A DNA stretch of 35,703 bases from a virus (lineage: Duplodnaviria > Caudoviricetes): IMG/VR virus record IMGVR_UViG_3300020381_000024, positions 1-35,703 of that record. One strand, given 5' to 3'. A program made the translations under genes and the position numbers. Positions within the stretch are counted from its first letter, which is position 1; every line of letters begins with the position of its first letter. The notes below the pieces were generated by a model. It was not told the origin of the DNA, ran no database searches, and saw only the letters and a program-made list of their open reading frames with translations. Shown here in pieces: positions 19,122 through 27,930 of the stretch.

Positions 19122-19587
19122 GAACTTTTGCTGCTAAATCTTTATCTGCACCGCCCCATGTGCCTTTTGACTTAGTTGCAAAGCTGTTCACTCTGGCATG
19201 TCCCCATTGGGTCGGGTTTGTGCCAGGTCTATGACCAGTTCTCCAAGCAGCTACACCTCTTTTGAATACTTGTTTCAATATACCAAAAGGCATGCCCGTT
19301 TTTTCTGCTTTCTTTTTGAGCGATGCATCTGCATCACCTTCTTCTAGGTCTTCTTCTGTTAGTTCTGCGATTGCTTCTTCTGTTACAACTTCTTTGACCA
19401 TAAACTCTTCGTTATATGGAAAACCTTCAAGAGGATTACCAAATACTTGACTAAAATGTTTTTTAGCATTCTCTTTTTTAACTTTAGAGGCTTTCATGAT
19501 ATAACTATCAACCATTTGACCTGGTGTATCTTCAGAATATGCTTTTCTTATTTCGTCTGTACCGATTTCTAATGTTTCTTTTTTCAT
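19114..19587 (-). CDS. DUF5824-like protein
   Basis: LKQVFKRGVAAWRTGHRPG...QWGHARVNSF motif. Confidence 0.65.
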   Translation of the reverse strand: MKKETLEIGTDEIRKAYSEDTPGQMVDSYIMKASKVKKENAKKHFSQVFGNPLEGFPYNEEFMVKEVVTEEAIAELTEEDLEEGDADASLKKKAEKTGMPFGILKQVFKRGVAAWRTGHRPGTNPTQWGHARVNSFATKSKGTWGGADKDLAAKVRG

Positions 19588-20312
19588 TATGCGTTCCTCA
19601 CGTTACCAATAGCATCTGTATATGCAAGTGTCATTGGTAATAGTTTGTTAATAGGCATATTTATCTCTAATGCAGTCACTTTGATGCCTGGGTCTACAAG
19701 CACTGCTGATAAAAATCTATGGTGTCCATCAATAATTCTATCATCAGATGAAACTACATAAAAATTTTTCTTTGATTTCGAAAAGTCTCTTGTACCTTCT
19801 GCACCAAATTGTGCTACATTTTTGATTGACTTATCGAAATATATTTGACTTTGAATTGGTTTTAAATTACCTACTGCGACTGATTTCATTTGGACTTTGA
19901 CAATATCATCTTTCAGGTCACCGTCTTTTAAACCACCTGTAATCCAATCTTTACCAATCTGAGGATTAAGACCTTGTGGAAATGGGTCATTAGGAACTTC
20001 GTTGTCTGCAAAAGGTTTATTAATGTCTATCGAACCTTTTTTCAATCTTTGTTGTAATAGTTTGATATCTCTGTTATCGATTACAGGCATATCTTTTCTC
20101 CTTGCAAAACCACCTTTTGCAAGTCTCTGAGCAATCTTGTAGTTTGCATCAAAGTTTGGCACTTCTTCTTCGAGTTTTCTGCCTTTAGAATCCATTAACT
20201 TTTCAGCATATTCTTTTGCGATATTGACTCTAGTTTTGACAATCTCCATAGTGCCTGCTTTGGCACCACCTGCTTCCATAAAGTATCTAATGTCTTCTAT
20301 CAGTGTTCTCAT
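19587..20312 (-). CDS. ParB/Srx-like domain protein
   Basis: LKPIQSQI...VVSSDDRIIDGHHR. Confidence 0.75.
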   Translation of the reverse strand: MRTLIEDIRYFMEAGGAKAGTMEIVKTRVNIAKEYAEKLMDSKGRKLEEEVPNFDANYKIAQRLAKGGFARRKDMPVIDNRDIKLLQQRLKKGSIDINKPFADNEVPNDPFPQGLNPQIGKDWITGGLKDGDLKDDIVKVQMKSVAVGNLKPIQSQIYFDKSIKNVAQFGAEGTRDFSKSKKNFYVVSSDDRIIDGHHRFLSAVLVDPGIKVTALEINMPINKLLPMTLAYTDAIGNVRNA

Positions 20313-21745
20313 TTCTTATCTTTCTTTGATAGATAAGCTGCAATTGCCATGTCACGTATTTTTTTATCTGATTTGCCTTTGAATTGTGGTGAATCTGACT
20401 TTCTGAAATCATCGATGTAATCACCAGCATCTGCGTTTTTGCCTAATTCTTCTTTTCTACTCTTCTTGTATTTCTTAATAGAGTCTCTTGCAGTCTTCAT
20501 CATTGCTTTTTGATGTGCTTTTTGTTTGGACTTTTCTTTATCTCTCAATATATCTGCAAGTCTCTTTTCTTCTAATTCATCTCCTGATACAATCATACCT
20601 ATTTGATTAATTAAAGATGTGATAACTGGTGTAGGCAACATTGATAGTTGTTGTAGTGTATCTTTAGATATGCCTTTTACGTTTTTTAATTTCTTTTTCC
20701 AAGAAGATATTGCAGTCATATCTGTTTTCTTTGCTTCTGTTATCTCGTCACCCATTTTTAAGAAGAGATGATTCTTCTGTTGTTCTTTGTCTGTAACTTT
20801 AGCACCAATGATTGAACCCAATCTTCGAATGTACGATAATCCTTTTTCTGGATTTTTCTTATACTCTATTTCTGCCTTTCTCATCCATTTTTGTGTCATT
20901 GTTTTTAATATCACTGACATTGATGCTACGAGTTTGCCTTCTTCTAAATCTTCATACTTAGGTGATTTCTTTTTAGTACCATCTGCTCTTGGTATGAGAC
21001 CTTTTGCTTTTAAATGTGCTTTATCTGTAAAACCTGCCTTACCTGCTTTGTATCTCTTCATTGCATCAGCAGTATTTGGTGCATTTTCTTCTAAATCTTC
21101 TGACATTTCATCTGCATCGAGTAAATCATCTAATGCATATTTTGCCAGACCTACTTGTTTATTTGCTTTTTGTTTTAAATCTCTGTCATCAATTTTCATT
21201 CTGATAATCTTATCTTGAAGTTGGTCTAACATCTTGACTCTTTTTTCAAGATAACTTCTATCAGATGATTTGAGTTCTTCGTCTATTTGTTCTGATTGTG
21301 AAAGTTCTGACATGAGATAATCGTGACATACATCTAGATAGTCGTCTGCTTTTGTGAGTTTACTATTCCACCATGCTGGATAATCACCGTCTTCTTTAAC
21401 AACTCTCTTAAGATTGTTTGCATTTCTGACAATGTTTTCTAGTGAGTTTTGTGCCATATCACCATCATAGTTTTCACCAAACATTTTTTTGAATTTCTGA
21501 GTGTGTTTAGATGGTTTAGTTTTTTTGAGTTCGCCTGTTTTTGGGTCTTTATCACCTGGCGCAGGTTTGTAAGCATTTGGATTGTCATCATCCATCTCTG
21601 CACCTTTCTTAAAGTGTGCATCTCTGGCGCTCTTCTTATCTTTATCTACGCCTGAATAGTACTTCTTAGGTTGAGTACCTTTCTTGTCATCGACATCTTT
21701 ATCTTGAGCGACTCTTCTAAGTTTTTCTCTTATATTTTCAATCAT
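20309..21745 (-). CDS. modular, highly charged probable internal head polyprotein
   Basis: About 8 short modules separated by IDE/LEE/ITE sites; late promoter. Confidence 0.65.
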   Translation of the reverse strand: MIENIREKLRRVAQDKDVDDKKGTQPKKYYSGVDKDKKSARDAHFKKGAEMDDDNPNAYKPAPGDKDPKTGELKKTKPSKHTQKFKKMFGENYDGDMAQNSLENIVRNANNLKRVVKEDGDYPAWWNSKLTKADDYLDVCHDYLMSELSQSEQIDEELKSSDRSYLEKRVKMLDQLQDKIIRMKIDDRDLKQKANKQVGLAKYALDDLLDADEMSEDLEENAPNTADAMKRYKAGKAGFTDKAHLKAKGLIPRADGTKKKSPKYEDLEEGKLVASMSVILKTMTQKWMRKAEIEYKKNPEKGLSYIRRLGSIIGAKVTDKEQQKNHLFLKMGDEITEAKKTDMTAISSWKKKLKNVKGISKDTLQQLSMLPTPVITSLINQIGMIVSGDELEEKRLADILRDKEKSKQKAHQKAMMKTARDSIKKYKKSRKEELGKNADAGDYIDDFRKSDSPQFKGKSDKKIRDMAIAAYLSKKDKK

Positions 21746-21750
21746 AATAC

Positions 21751-21758
21751 TATTTATG
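21751..21758 (-). promoter_or_regulatory. late promoter CATAAATA, 5 nt before ATG
   Basis: Contains the upstream TAA; conserved spacing. Confidence 0.65.
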
Positions 21759-22998
21759 ATTTTTTAGTAAGTAACTCTTGCTCTTTCCAATTTGTGGCAG
21801 TTTTATTACCTGGAAATCTAGATGACCATGATAATAATTTAGAATATAATTTTGTTGCTTTAGATTCAAGTGTTTTCAGGTCATCATCGTTATGTATTTC
21901 TACAAAATCTTTTTTAAATATTTTTTTCAATGCTTGAGCATTCTTTTGTGCTTTTTCCCAATCACCTTGCACTATATTTGCTGGTAGTTTTCTTGGTCTT
22001 GCTTCGTTTCTTTTTTGTGCATTCTCTAATGATGCATTGACAAATATCATTTTAGATTCATAACCAATCTTATCTAACATAGTTTTATATGCATTAACTT
22101 TTTTGAGGTCTGCACTAGTAGTATCAAAGATTAAACCAAGTCTTCCATCGATGTATGCATCTAAGTTTTTACCTGTAATCTTTTTTGCTTTTGCACGTAT
22201 AGGGTCTACTTTACTAAAGTCTGCACCTCGTAAATCAAGTGTAAGTCCTGCTTTCTTTAATCCATTTTCAAATGCTTTATCTGTATTAACAAGTTTTAGA
22301 CCAAGTGCTTTGAGTGATAATTTATCTACAACGGTTGACTTACCACTACCTGGACCACCTGAGAAGAAGACTGCTTTAAAAATACCTGGGTCATATACGC
22401 CTTCAGTAATCAAATCTTCAATCATATAATCTGGTAATGTTGATTCGATAATACCCATACCTTTTCGAACATCTTTATATAATTGTTCTATATCTCTTTT
22501 ATTTCTTGAAGGTACGCCTAATGAAAAATTCTTTAAATCTCCTGTTTCAGCATATGCTCTCATTTTTGATGCAGACATTCCTGAAACATCATCAGCGTCT
22601 GGGTCACGTTCACCTGCTGATATTATATTGATTTCTTTAAACTTGTAAAAACCATGACGTGCTTTAACACCATTGTATTTGTTTAACAGATTATCAAACT
22701 CTCTGACTCTATCTGAACCAACCATCATGTTTACTTTTTCATAACCCTTTTTTTGCAATGCACTAGCAATTTCAAATACGGTTCTGACATTTGCATCAGG
22801 TACACCAACTTGTTTGCCAAAAAACTTTCTGAGATATTTTATTTTAACTTTATGAGGTAATGGATTTTTTAATTTATCGTTTGAGTGAGATGAAAATAAC
22901 AATTTATCACCAGGCAATTTCTTTAGTTTGTTTACTAACAATGCATGACCTGTTGTGGGTGGATTAAATCTTCCAAATGTAAAACTTACTTCTTTCAT
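21754..22998 (-). CDS. cytidylyltransferase-like (HIGH-fold) nucleotidyltransferase fused to PNK/zeta-like P-loop kinase
   Basis: TFGRFNPPTTGH, VGSDR, SASKMR, then GGPGSGKST, LIFDTT, KRNEAR; start MKEVSF by TAATG coupling. Confidence 0.85.
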   Translation of the reverse strand: MKEVSFTFGRFNPPTTGHALLVNKLKKLPGDKLLFSSHSNDKLKNPLPHKVKIKYLRKFFGKQVGVPDANVRTVFEIASALQKKGYEKVNMMVGSDRVREFDNLLNKYNGVKARHGFYKFKEINIISAGERDPDADDVSGMSASKMRAYAETGDLKNFSLGVPSRNKRDIEQLYKDVRKGMGIIESTLPDYMIEDLITEGVYDPGIFKAVFFSGGPGSGKSTVVDKLSLKALGLKLVNTDKAFENGLKKAGLTLDLRGADFSKVDPIRAKAKKITGKNLDAYIDGRLGLIFDTTSADLKKVNAYKTMLDKIGYESKMIFVNASLENAQKRNEARPRKLPANIVQGDWEKAQKNAQALKKIFKKDFVEIHNDDDLKTLESKATKLYSKLLSWSSRFPGNKTATNWKEQELLTKKS

Positions 22999-24203
22999 TA
23001 TTTGTCCCAATTTTTTGCTACGTTAAAATTATTTAGTGAAAACTCCATACGGTCTACTAATTTAACGGCACTGCCATCTTTGTCTACTGCAACATAACCT
23101 TCAGGATTTACAGCTTTAAATCCATTATCTGTTTTAACAAAATGACCTATGTTTTTAACTCTATTTAATCCTTTTAGTATGATTGATTTTGCTGATATCA
23201 AATTACTTTGAAATTTTGTTAAAGAAGCAATAAGAACTTTTAAACTTCTCAATTCTGATAGTGATTGTAATTTGATTTCTGTTTTTATATCTTTGTGTTT
23301 TTGTGTTTTAAGTTTTTTGATTACTTTGTTGTCCCAATATTTATCTACATATTTGATGTAATCTGGATAACTAGGATTGAATTTTCCTGCTCTGATTTTA
23401 CTATTTACATAAGATTTATAAGTAGCGCCTGGTGCTTTACTCAAAAACATTCTATTGATATCATTAAACTTTTGTAAATCCACTCTTTTGATTTTTCTGA
23501 ATACTTTTCCTACGTTTGATAAATTTTTACTTAATTCAACACTTTCTTTTGCCGTCATTTTAGAATTACCTGTAGCGTCTTGATAAGATGCATCACTTAA
23601 CCAAACATCTTTTGAATGTCCTAGTTTAGATATATCAGCACCAAAACTAGCAGACATATCTTCTAATGTAGGTCCTGTGTAAGTCGTATGAAAAACTACT
23701 CCTAGTTTTGCAGAATCGATATCATTTGCTAATGGTGAACCGACAACAGCTGCATATTTAATTGTATTGGGTTGAAAAGTTATATAATCCAAGTCACCAA
23801 TTTTTTCAGTCGTTTTGTCTGAATCTGTAAACATCAAGTCTCCTTGCAGAATACTAGAAAAACTTAATTTAGATAGATGTTTAAATGACTCTATGAATTT
23901 TGTTTCTAGGTCACCAGATAGTTCTGGTGCATCTTTGATTTCTTGTTCAGATGCATAGAATAACGGAACTTTATTGAATATGGATTTTTTACCTATGATA
24001 AATCTACCATCTTCTGGATGTGGACCTACAAATATCGCAGGTGCACCATCCCACTTAACGGTCATATTTACTCGACCTTTTGAATTACCTTTCATCATAT
24101 CTCTGAGAGATTGTAAAAAGTTGATAGATGCACGACCACCATCAATACCATTATTGATAATTTCGTCTTCTAGATGTTCTAAGTGTAAATTTTTAACTGC
24201 CAT
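22998..24203 (-). CDS. ligase-fold covalent nucleotidyltransferase (DUF6267-like, putative RNA ligase)
   Basis: Motif I TVKWDG, III LQGDL, IV PEGYV, V VKLVDR. Confidence 0.7.
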   Translation of the reverse strand: MAVKNLHLEHLEDEIINNGIDGGRASINFLQSLRDMMKGNSKGRVNMTVKWDGAPAIFVGPHPEDGRFIIGKKSIFNKVPLFYASEQEIKDAPELSGDLETKFIESFKHLSKLSFSSILQGDLMFTDSDKTTEKIGDLDYITFQPNTIKYAAVVGSPLANDIDSAKLGVVFHTTYTGPTLEDMSASFGADISKLGHSKDVWLSDASYQDATGNSKMTAKESVELSKNLSNVGKVFRKIKRVDLQKFNDINRMFLSKAPGATYKSYVNSKIRAGKFNPSYPDYIKYVDKYWDNKVIKKLKTQKHKDIKTEIKLQSLSELRSLKVLIASLTKFQSNLISAKSIILKGLNRVKNIGHFVKTDNGFKAVNPEGYVAVDKDGSAVKLVDRMEFSLNNFNVAKNWDK

Positions 24204-24270
24204 ATTAGTAAAAGCCTATCATAACCACAGAAAAAGTCAAGCATTTTCGAGCTTGATTTATTGCTTCTAC

Positions 24271-24278
24271 TATTTATG
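24271..24278 (-). promoter_or_regulatory. possible late promoter CATAAATA upstream of the ligase-like gene
   Basis: Intergenic 7/8 match; a TTGACT...TAGGCT sigma70-like element lies between it and the ATG. Confidence 0.45.
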
Positions 24279-24295
24279 TTTTATGTAATTAGATA

Positions 24296-24775
24296 TTACT
24301 CTGGATTTCTTGAATGACCACTTTCAGACACATAATCAACAGGAACAACTGCATTATCAGTATCAGTTATACCTGCAGCTTGTAAAGATTGAATGTGTTC
24401 TAAGTCTGCAACAATAGGTTCTTTAAGAGAAGTATAATGTGATTGCATCTGAGACCTAGATTTAACTAAACTATCGTCTCCTTCTGAATCGATAAAGAAT
24501 CTTTCGTTAGTAAAATCATCATAGTGTTCATAAAATGCATTTTCAGCAGCTGTACCGTTAGTGCCATCTAGAGACGGATTAGCACTTCTCCAATCTGCCC
24601 ACATAGCTGCACCACCACCATTTCCATTATAAGAAATACTATCAACAACATTATCGTTTTCATCGTATAGATTAAATGTGTGGTTTAATGATAAATTATT
24701 AGAGTAGTATGCTCGCCACTTATCGCATTCAGCTATTTTTGCTTCTAAATCTGTTATTAATTCTGTTATTAACAT
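24296..24775 (-). CDS. acidic hypothetical protein
   Basis: Strong SD AGGAGA; ACTAAATA late-like box at 24801-24808. Confidence 0.75.
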   Translation of the reverse strand: MLITELITDLEAKIAECDKWRAYYSNNLSLNHTFNLYDENDNVVDSISYNGNGGGAAMWADWRSANPSLDGTNGTAAENAFYEHYDDFTNERFFIDSEGDDSLVKSRSQMQSHYTSLKEPIVADLEHIQSLQAAGITDTDNAVVPVDYVSESGHSRNPE

Positions 24776-24803
24776 GGAAATCTCCTAAAATCTATATGAT
24801 TAT

Positions 24804-24977
24804 TTAGTTTTTTGCAAGCGGGCGGGAATGTAATTTGTGTTCTAATTGTTGAATTTTTTTACTTAAATTTGCAACTTGCTCGTCTTTACCTTGTTTTTTC
24901 GCAAGTTTCAAATTTTTTTTATATTCTACTTTTTTTCTAATTAGTTTTAAAACTTCATCAGATTTTAAATTTTTCAT
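24804..24977 (-). CDS. small basic coiled-coil protein (57 aa)
   Basis: Manually translated MKNLKSDEVLKLIRKKVEYKKNLKLAKKQGKDEQVANLSKKIQQLEHKLHSRPLAKN; ATGA overlap with the upstream gene. Confidence 0.65.
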   Translation of the reverse strand: MKNLKSDEVLKLIRKKVEYKKNLKLAKKQGKDEQVANLSKKIQQLEHKLHSRPLAKN

Positions 24978-26497
24978 TCTATATTATTTAAACACGTATC
25001 GTATGCTTCATCACCAGTCCATTGTGTTTCTGTATCAGTATTTGCACACGTCTTATAAAGTAATCCATCATAATCAACATGTTCCCAATATTGCCATGAA
25101 CCATTTGATTTACGTTGATTGTCGCCCTCATATAGATATGATTGATTCATGTAAAAGTTAGGCATGTTTGTTTCAATAGTATTTATGTCATCAAAAAGAT
25201 TTTGTAAATCCAAAGGATATCTTGTCTCAAATATGTTCAAAACATCATAATCAAAATATGGATTGTTTTCATTATGAAATTGAATATAGAAGTTATTGGA
25301 TTTCACTCTTCTGTAATTATTTGTCTCTCTGTATTCTAGAAAATTTGAATCGTTAAATGCAATTATGTAATGTCTTTCTGCATCATCAATAGTTTTTTCC
25401 ATAACTTGATACTCTAATGTTACAGAAATATTATCAAATACATTAAACATAGATGTTTGAACATTTGACACATCAAACTTACCATAAAGTTTTAAATTAT
25501 CTATAGTTGGTTCATAGATTGTTCCAGACTCAATATCATAATATTGACCTGAAGAGTTGATATACATATCCATTACACGATAGATATCATGTACCAACCA
25601 TTCTTCACCTTCTACAATCTCTTCTGTTATGCCACGTGTTATCGAGATGATATTGAAACTTATATCGTTAATCTCTTCGCCATTTAAAATTCTATTGAAC
25701 AAGTCATAATCTAAATTAGAATATGTGCTAATGTTATATTCTTCTTCAATCGAATACATTGCTTTATATGCTATCTGCAAAAAGTCCACTAATCTCTCTG
25801 CAATTGCTTGTTTCTCTGTATCACCTGATGCTATGAAGTCGTCATAAAACGATTCTGTATCTAAACCAAACCTGTTTTCTAATTCGTTTAATGCATCTTG
25901 AACCTTTATCATAAAAGAATATGCATAATCTCTCGATTCATTACTACAAGCATTTTCTTCAGTGATACTAACATTTCGAAACATTACAGAAATCATATCC
26001 ATTAAGAATGTTGTAAAAGGTGTTACATTTCCTGCATCTACTCCTTCAGCAGAAGTTTGAAAATTTCTATATGGTACAAAGTAAAGTTCATATGCTTCAT
26101 TTACTACTCCTCTGGTCGAGTCAGTAGCACCGACAGGAACTTCAGCAATTCTTGGCCTTTGTAATAAACAAGACTCGTCATAATTATCAATGTGAGTAAA
26201 GTCATTACTATCAAAATAATAATATTCTCCTTGAACATCTTCATAAGCACTAGGTTCCCAATTGTCTTGTTGAAAATTATAATTCATATCAACAAAAACA
26301 TTTGCACCTGAAATATAACCATCGATAACTCTCGTTGGTGCATATGTGCCTTCAGGAATAGATGTTGATGTTGAACCACCGCCGCCAGATGCAGGAGGTG
26401 TAGTTTGTATTTCTAGGGTAGCAAGTGATGTAACACTACCGCCACCGCCACATGCTGAAAGAATTAGCATAGTTGCTAGTATATAAAAATTTCTCAT
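24974..26497 (-). CDS. large acidic lipoprotein, bacterial type
   Basis: Lipobox LSA-CGGGG, G/S/T linker, VIDGYISGANVFVDMNYN motif. Confidence 0.8.
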   Translation of the reverse strand: MRNFYILATMLILSACGGGGSVTSLATLEIQTTPPASGGGGSTSTSIPEGTYAPTRVIDGYISGANVFVDMNYNFQQDNWEPSAYEDVQGEYYYFDSNDFTHIDNYDESCLLQRPRIAEVPVGATDSTRGVVNEAYELYFVPYRNFQTSAEGVDAGNVTPFTTFLMDMISVMFRNVSITEENACSNESRDYAYSFMIKVQDALNELENRFGLDTESFYDDFIASGDTEKQAIAERLVDFLQIAYKAMYSIEEEYNISTYSNLDYDLFNRILNGEEINDISFNIISITRGITEEIVEGEEWLVHDIYRVMDMYINSSGQYYDIESGTIYEPTIDNLKLYGKFDVSNVQTSMFNVFDNISVTLEYQVMEKTIDDAERHYIIAFNDSNFLEYRETNNYRRVKSNNFYIQFHNENNPYFDYDVLNIFETRYPLDLQNLFDDINTIETNMPNFYMNQSYLYEGDNQRKSNGSWQYWEHVDYDGLLYKTCANTDTETQWTGDEAYDTCLNNIE

Positions 26498-26506
26498 AAT
26501 TACTCC

Positions 26507-26535
26507 ATATTAAAACATAATCATTGGTTCGTCAA
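26507..26535 (-). promoter_or_regulatory. possible sigma70 promoter
   Basis: TTGACG-N17-TAATAT. Confidence 0.45.
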
Positions 26536-26541
26536 TGCATT

Positions 26542-26766
26542 TTAATGAAATATTTTTTTCTTTCCATTGACTATCAAAAAGTCAATCATAACTTCACCAA
26601 TGATTTGTATGCCTAATCTTTTTTCTACTAATCGCATTGCTTTGTCCCATGCTGAACCATCTTTGTCGTTTGGTGCAAATGCTAAAACTTGTTCCATTCG
26701 ATTAAATTCCACTTCAACTGGTATTTTAGATGCGATATGTTCGCCTATAAATCCATTCTTTATCAT
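26542..26766 (-). CDS. hypothetical protein
   Basis: ORF 1 nt after the phosphatase stop. Confidence 0.65.
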   Translation of the reverse strand: MIKNGFIGEHIASKIPVEVEFNRMEQVLAFAPNDKDGSAWDKAMRLVEKRLGIQIIGEVMIDFLIVNGKKKIFH

Positions 26767-26767
26767 A

Positions 26768-27214
26768 TTAAAAATCTCCGTCTGCTACTTGAATTACGTT
26801 AACTCCTCTGTTTCTCCACATTTCGACAACTTTATTTCTATCATCGAAAACCATGTCAATTTTGCCACCAAATTCTTCGAACTTGTCTGCAAGTTCAGAT
26901 TTGAATTCTGCATCACATCTGAAATCGCCATCTGGTCTTAAGAATAATCCTTTGTGCCCATCGCCAATCCAATCAGCAATTTGTTGTTCTGTAATCTCTC
27001 TTTCTGATTCGTTTCTTGCACTGAAGAAGGCAACATCATCACCTTGAGCAATGAATCTTTTTGCAATGTCGCAAACCCATTGAACAGGTTTATCGTCTGC
27101 TGTTGCTAATCTAAATGCTTTCCAATCTTTGTTCTCACCATTTACAAGGTGTCTTCTATGTTCAACATCAGCGATAGTGCCGTCAACATCAAATATTATT
27201 ACTTTCTTAATCAT
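26768..27214 (-). CDS. PseT-type polynucleotide 3'-phosphatase (HAD domain only)
   Basis: DVDGTIA, FSAR, LFLRPDGDFRCDAEFK, FDDR..VVEMWR..G...QVADGDF; kinase domain absent. Confidence 0.88.
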   Translation of the reverse strand: MIKKVIIFDVDGTIADVEHRRHLVNGENKDWKAFRLATADDKPVQWVCDIAKRFIAQGDDVAFFSARNESEREITEQQIADWIGDGHKGLFLRPDGDFRCDAEFKSELADKFEEFGGKIDMVFDDRNKVVEMWRNRGVNVIQVADGDF

Positions 27215-27220
27215 GGTTAT

Positions 27221-27250
27221 ATCCTATCAAAAAAGTAGGGTCGTTGTCAA
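27221..27250 (-). promoter_or_regulatory. sigma70-type early promoter
   Basis: TTGACA-N18-TAGGAT-N6-ATG; same spacing and CCC/TTTT spacer as the promoter at 2166-2195. Confidence 0.8.
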
Positions 27251-27269
27251 GGGTTTTGACTAAGAAGTT

Positions 27270-27893
27270 TTAATTGCCGTTGACTCGACCCTTTCTAAAC
27301 CCCTCAGGTATCAAATCATCTTTTTTGATTTTTAAGTTGTTAGTACCATTTGTTATCCACATGGTACCAAATTGTGAATTGCCTTTGCCTTTTTGATGTT
27401 TTGAATTCTTAAGACCGATATGTTTTTTAGTTTCTTCAGTGTGGGATTTACCAAAGAATGTTCCTTTTGGATATAACTCTTGAATTTTTTTGTTACCTTT
27501 AATAGAATCTTCTTTTGTAAATTTATGAAGTATACCTTCTTTATGCAAACGAAGAGCGCTCTTTCGCATCTTATCACGATACTCTTCAGTCAACATGTAA
27601 GACCTGTCAAGAGTCTTATTTACTGCTGACCAACCACCAGTACCACCTTCTTTTAAATTCAGACATTTAGGGTCTGTAAACCATAAGTCTCCGATTAGTT
27701 CACGTTCTGCATTGTTTAATTCTTCTTCAGATTTATAGAAATCTAAAATTTCAAAATCAAAAGGGTCTGTTTTGATTCTCTCCTTTAATTTTTTTCCACT
27801 TCCAGTATAACCATCTTCTATATTATCAGTGATATGTTGACCGAGATAGTAATCATCATTCTCAAATAAAATTTTATAGGTATAATAATACAT
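27270..27893 (-). mobile_element. free-standing GIY-YIG (Seg-like) homing endonuclease with NUMOD3
   Basis: YTY..YLGQH, GYTGSG, E..LI, LN; FFGKSHTEETK NUMOD3; MWITNG...PEGFRKGR tail; start MYYYTY. Confidence 0.88.
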
Positions 27894-27898
27894 ACTCA

Positions 27899-27906
27899 TA
27901 TTTATA
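27899..27906 (-). promoter_or_regulatory. late promoter TATAAATA, 5 nt before the endonuclease ATG
   Basis: Exact consensus, directly after an 8-bp hairpin at 27908-27933. Confidence 0.75.
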
Positions 27907-27930
27907 TTAGTTCGATACTCAAGACTCGAA

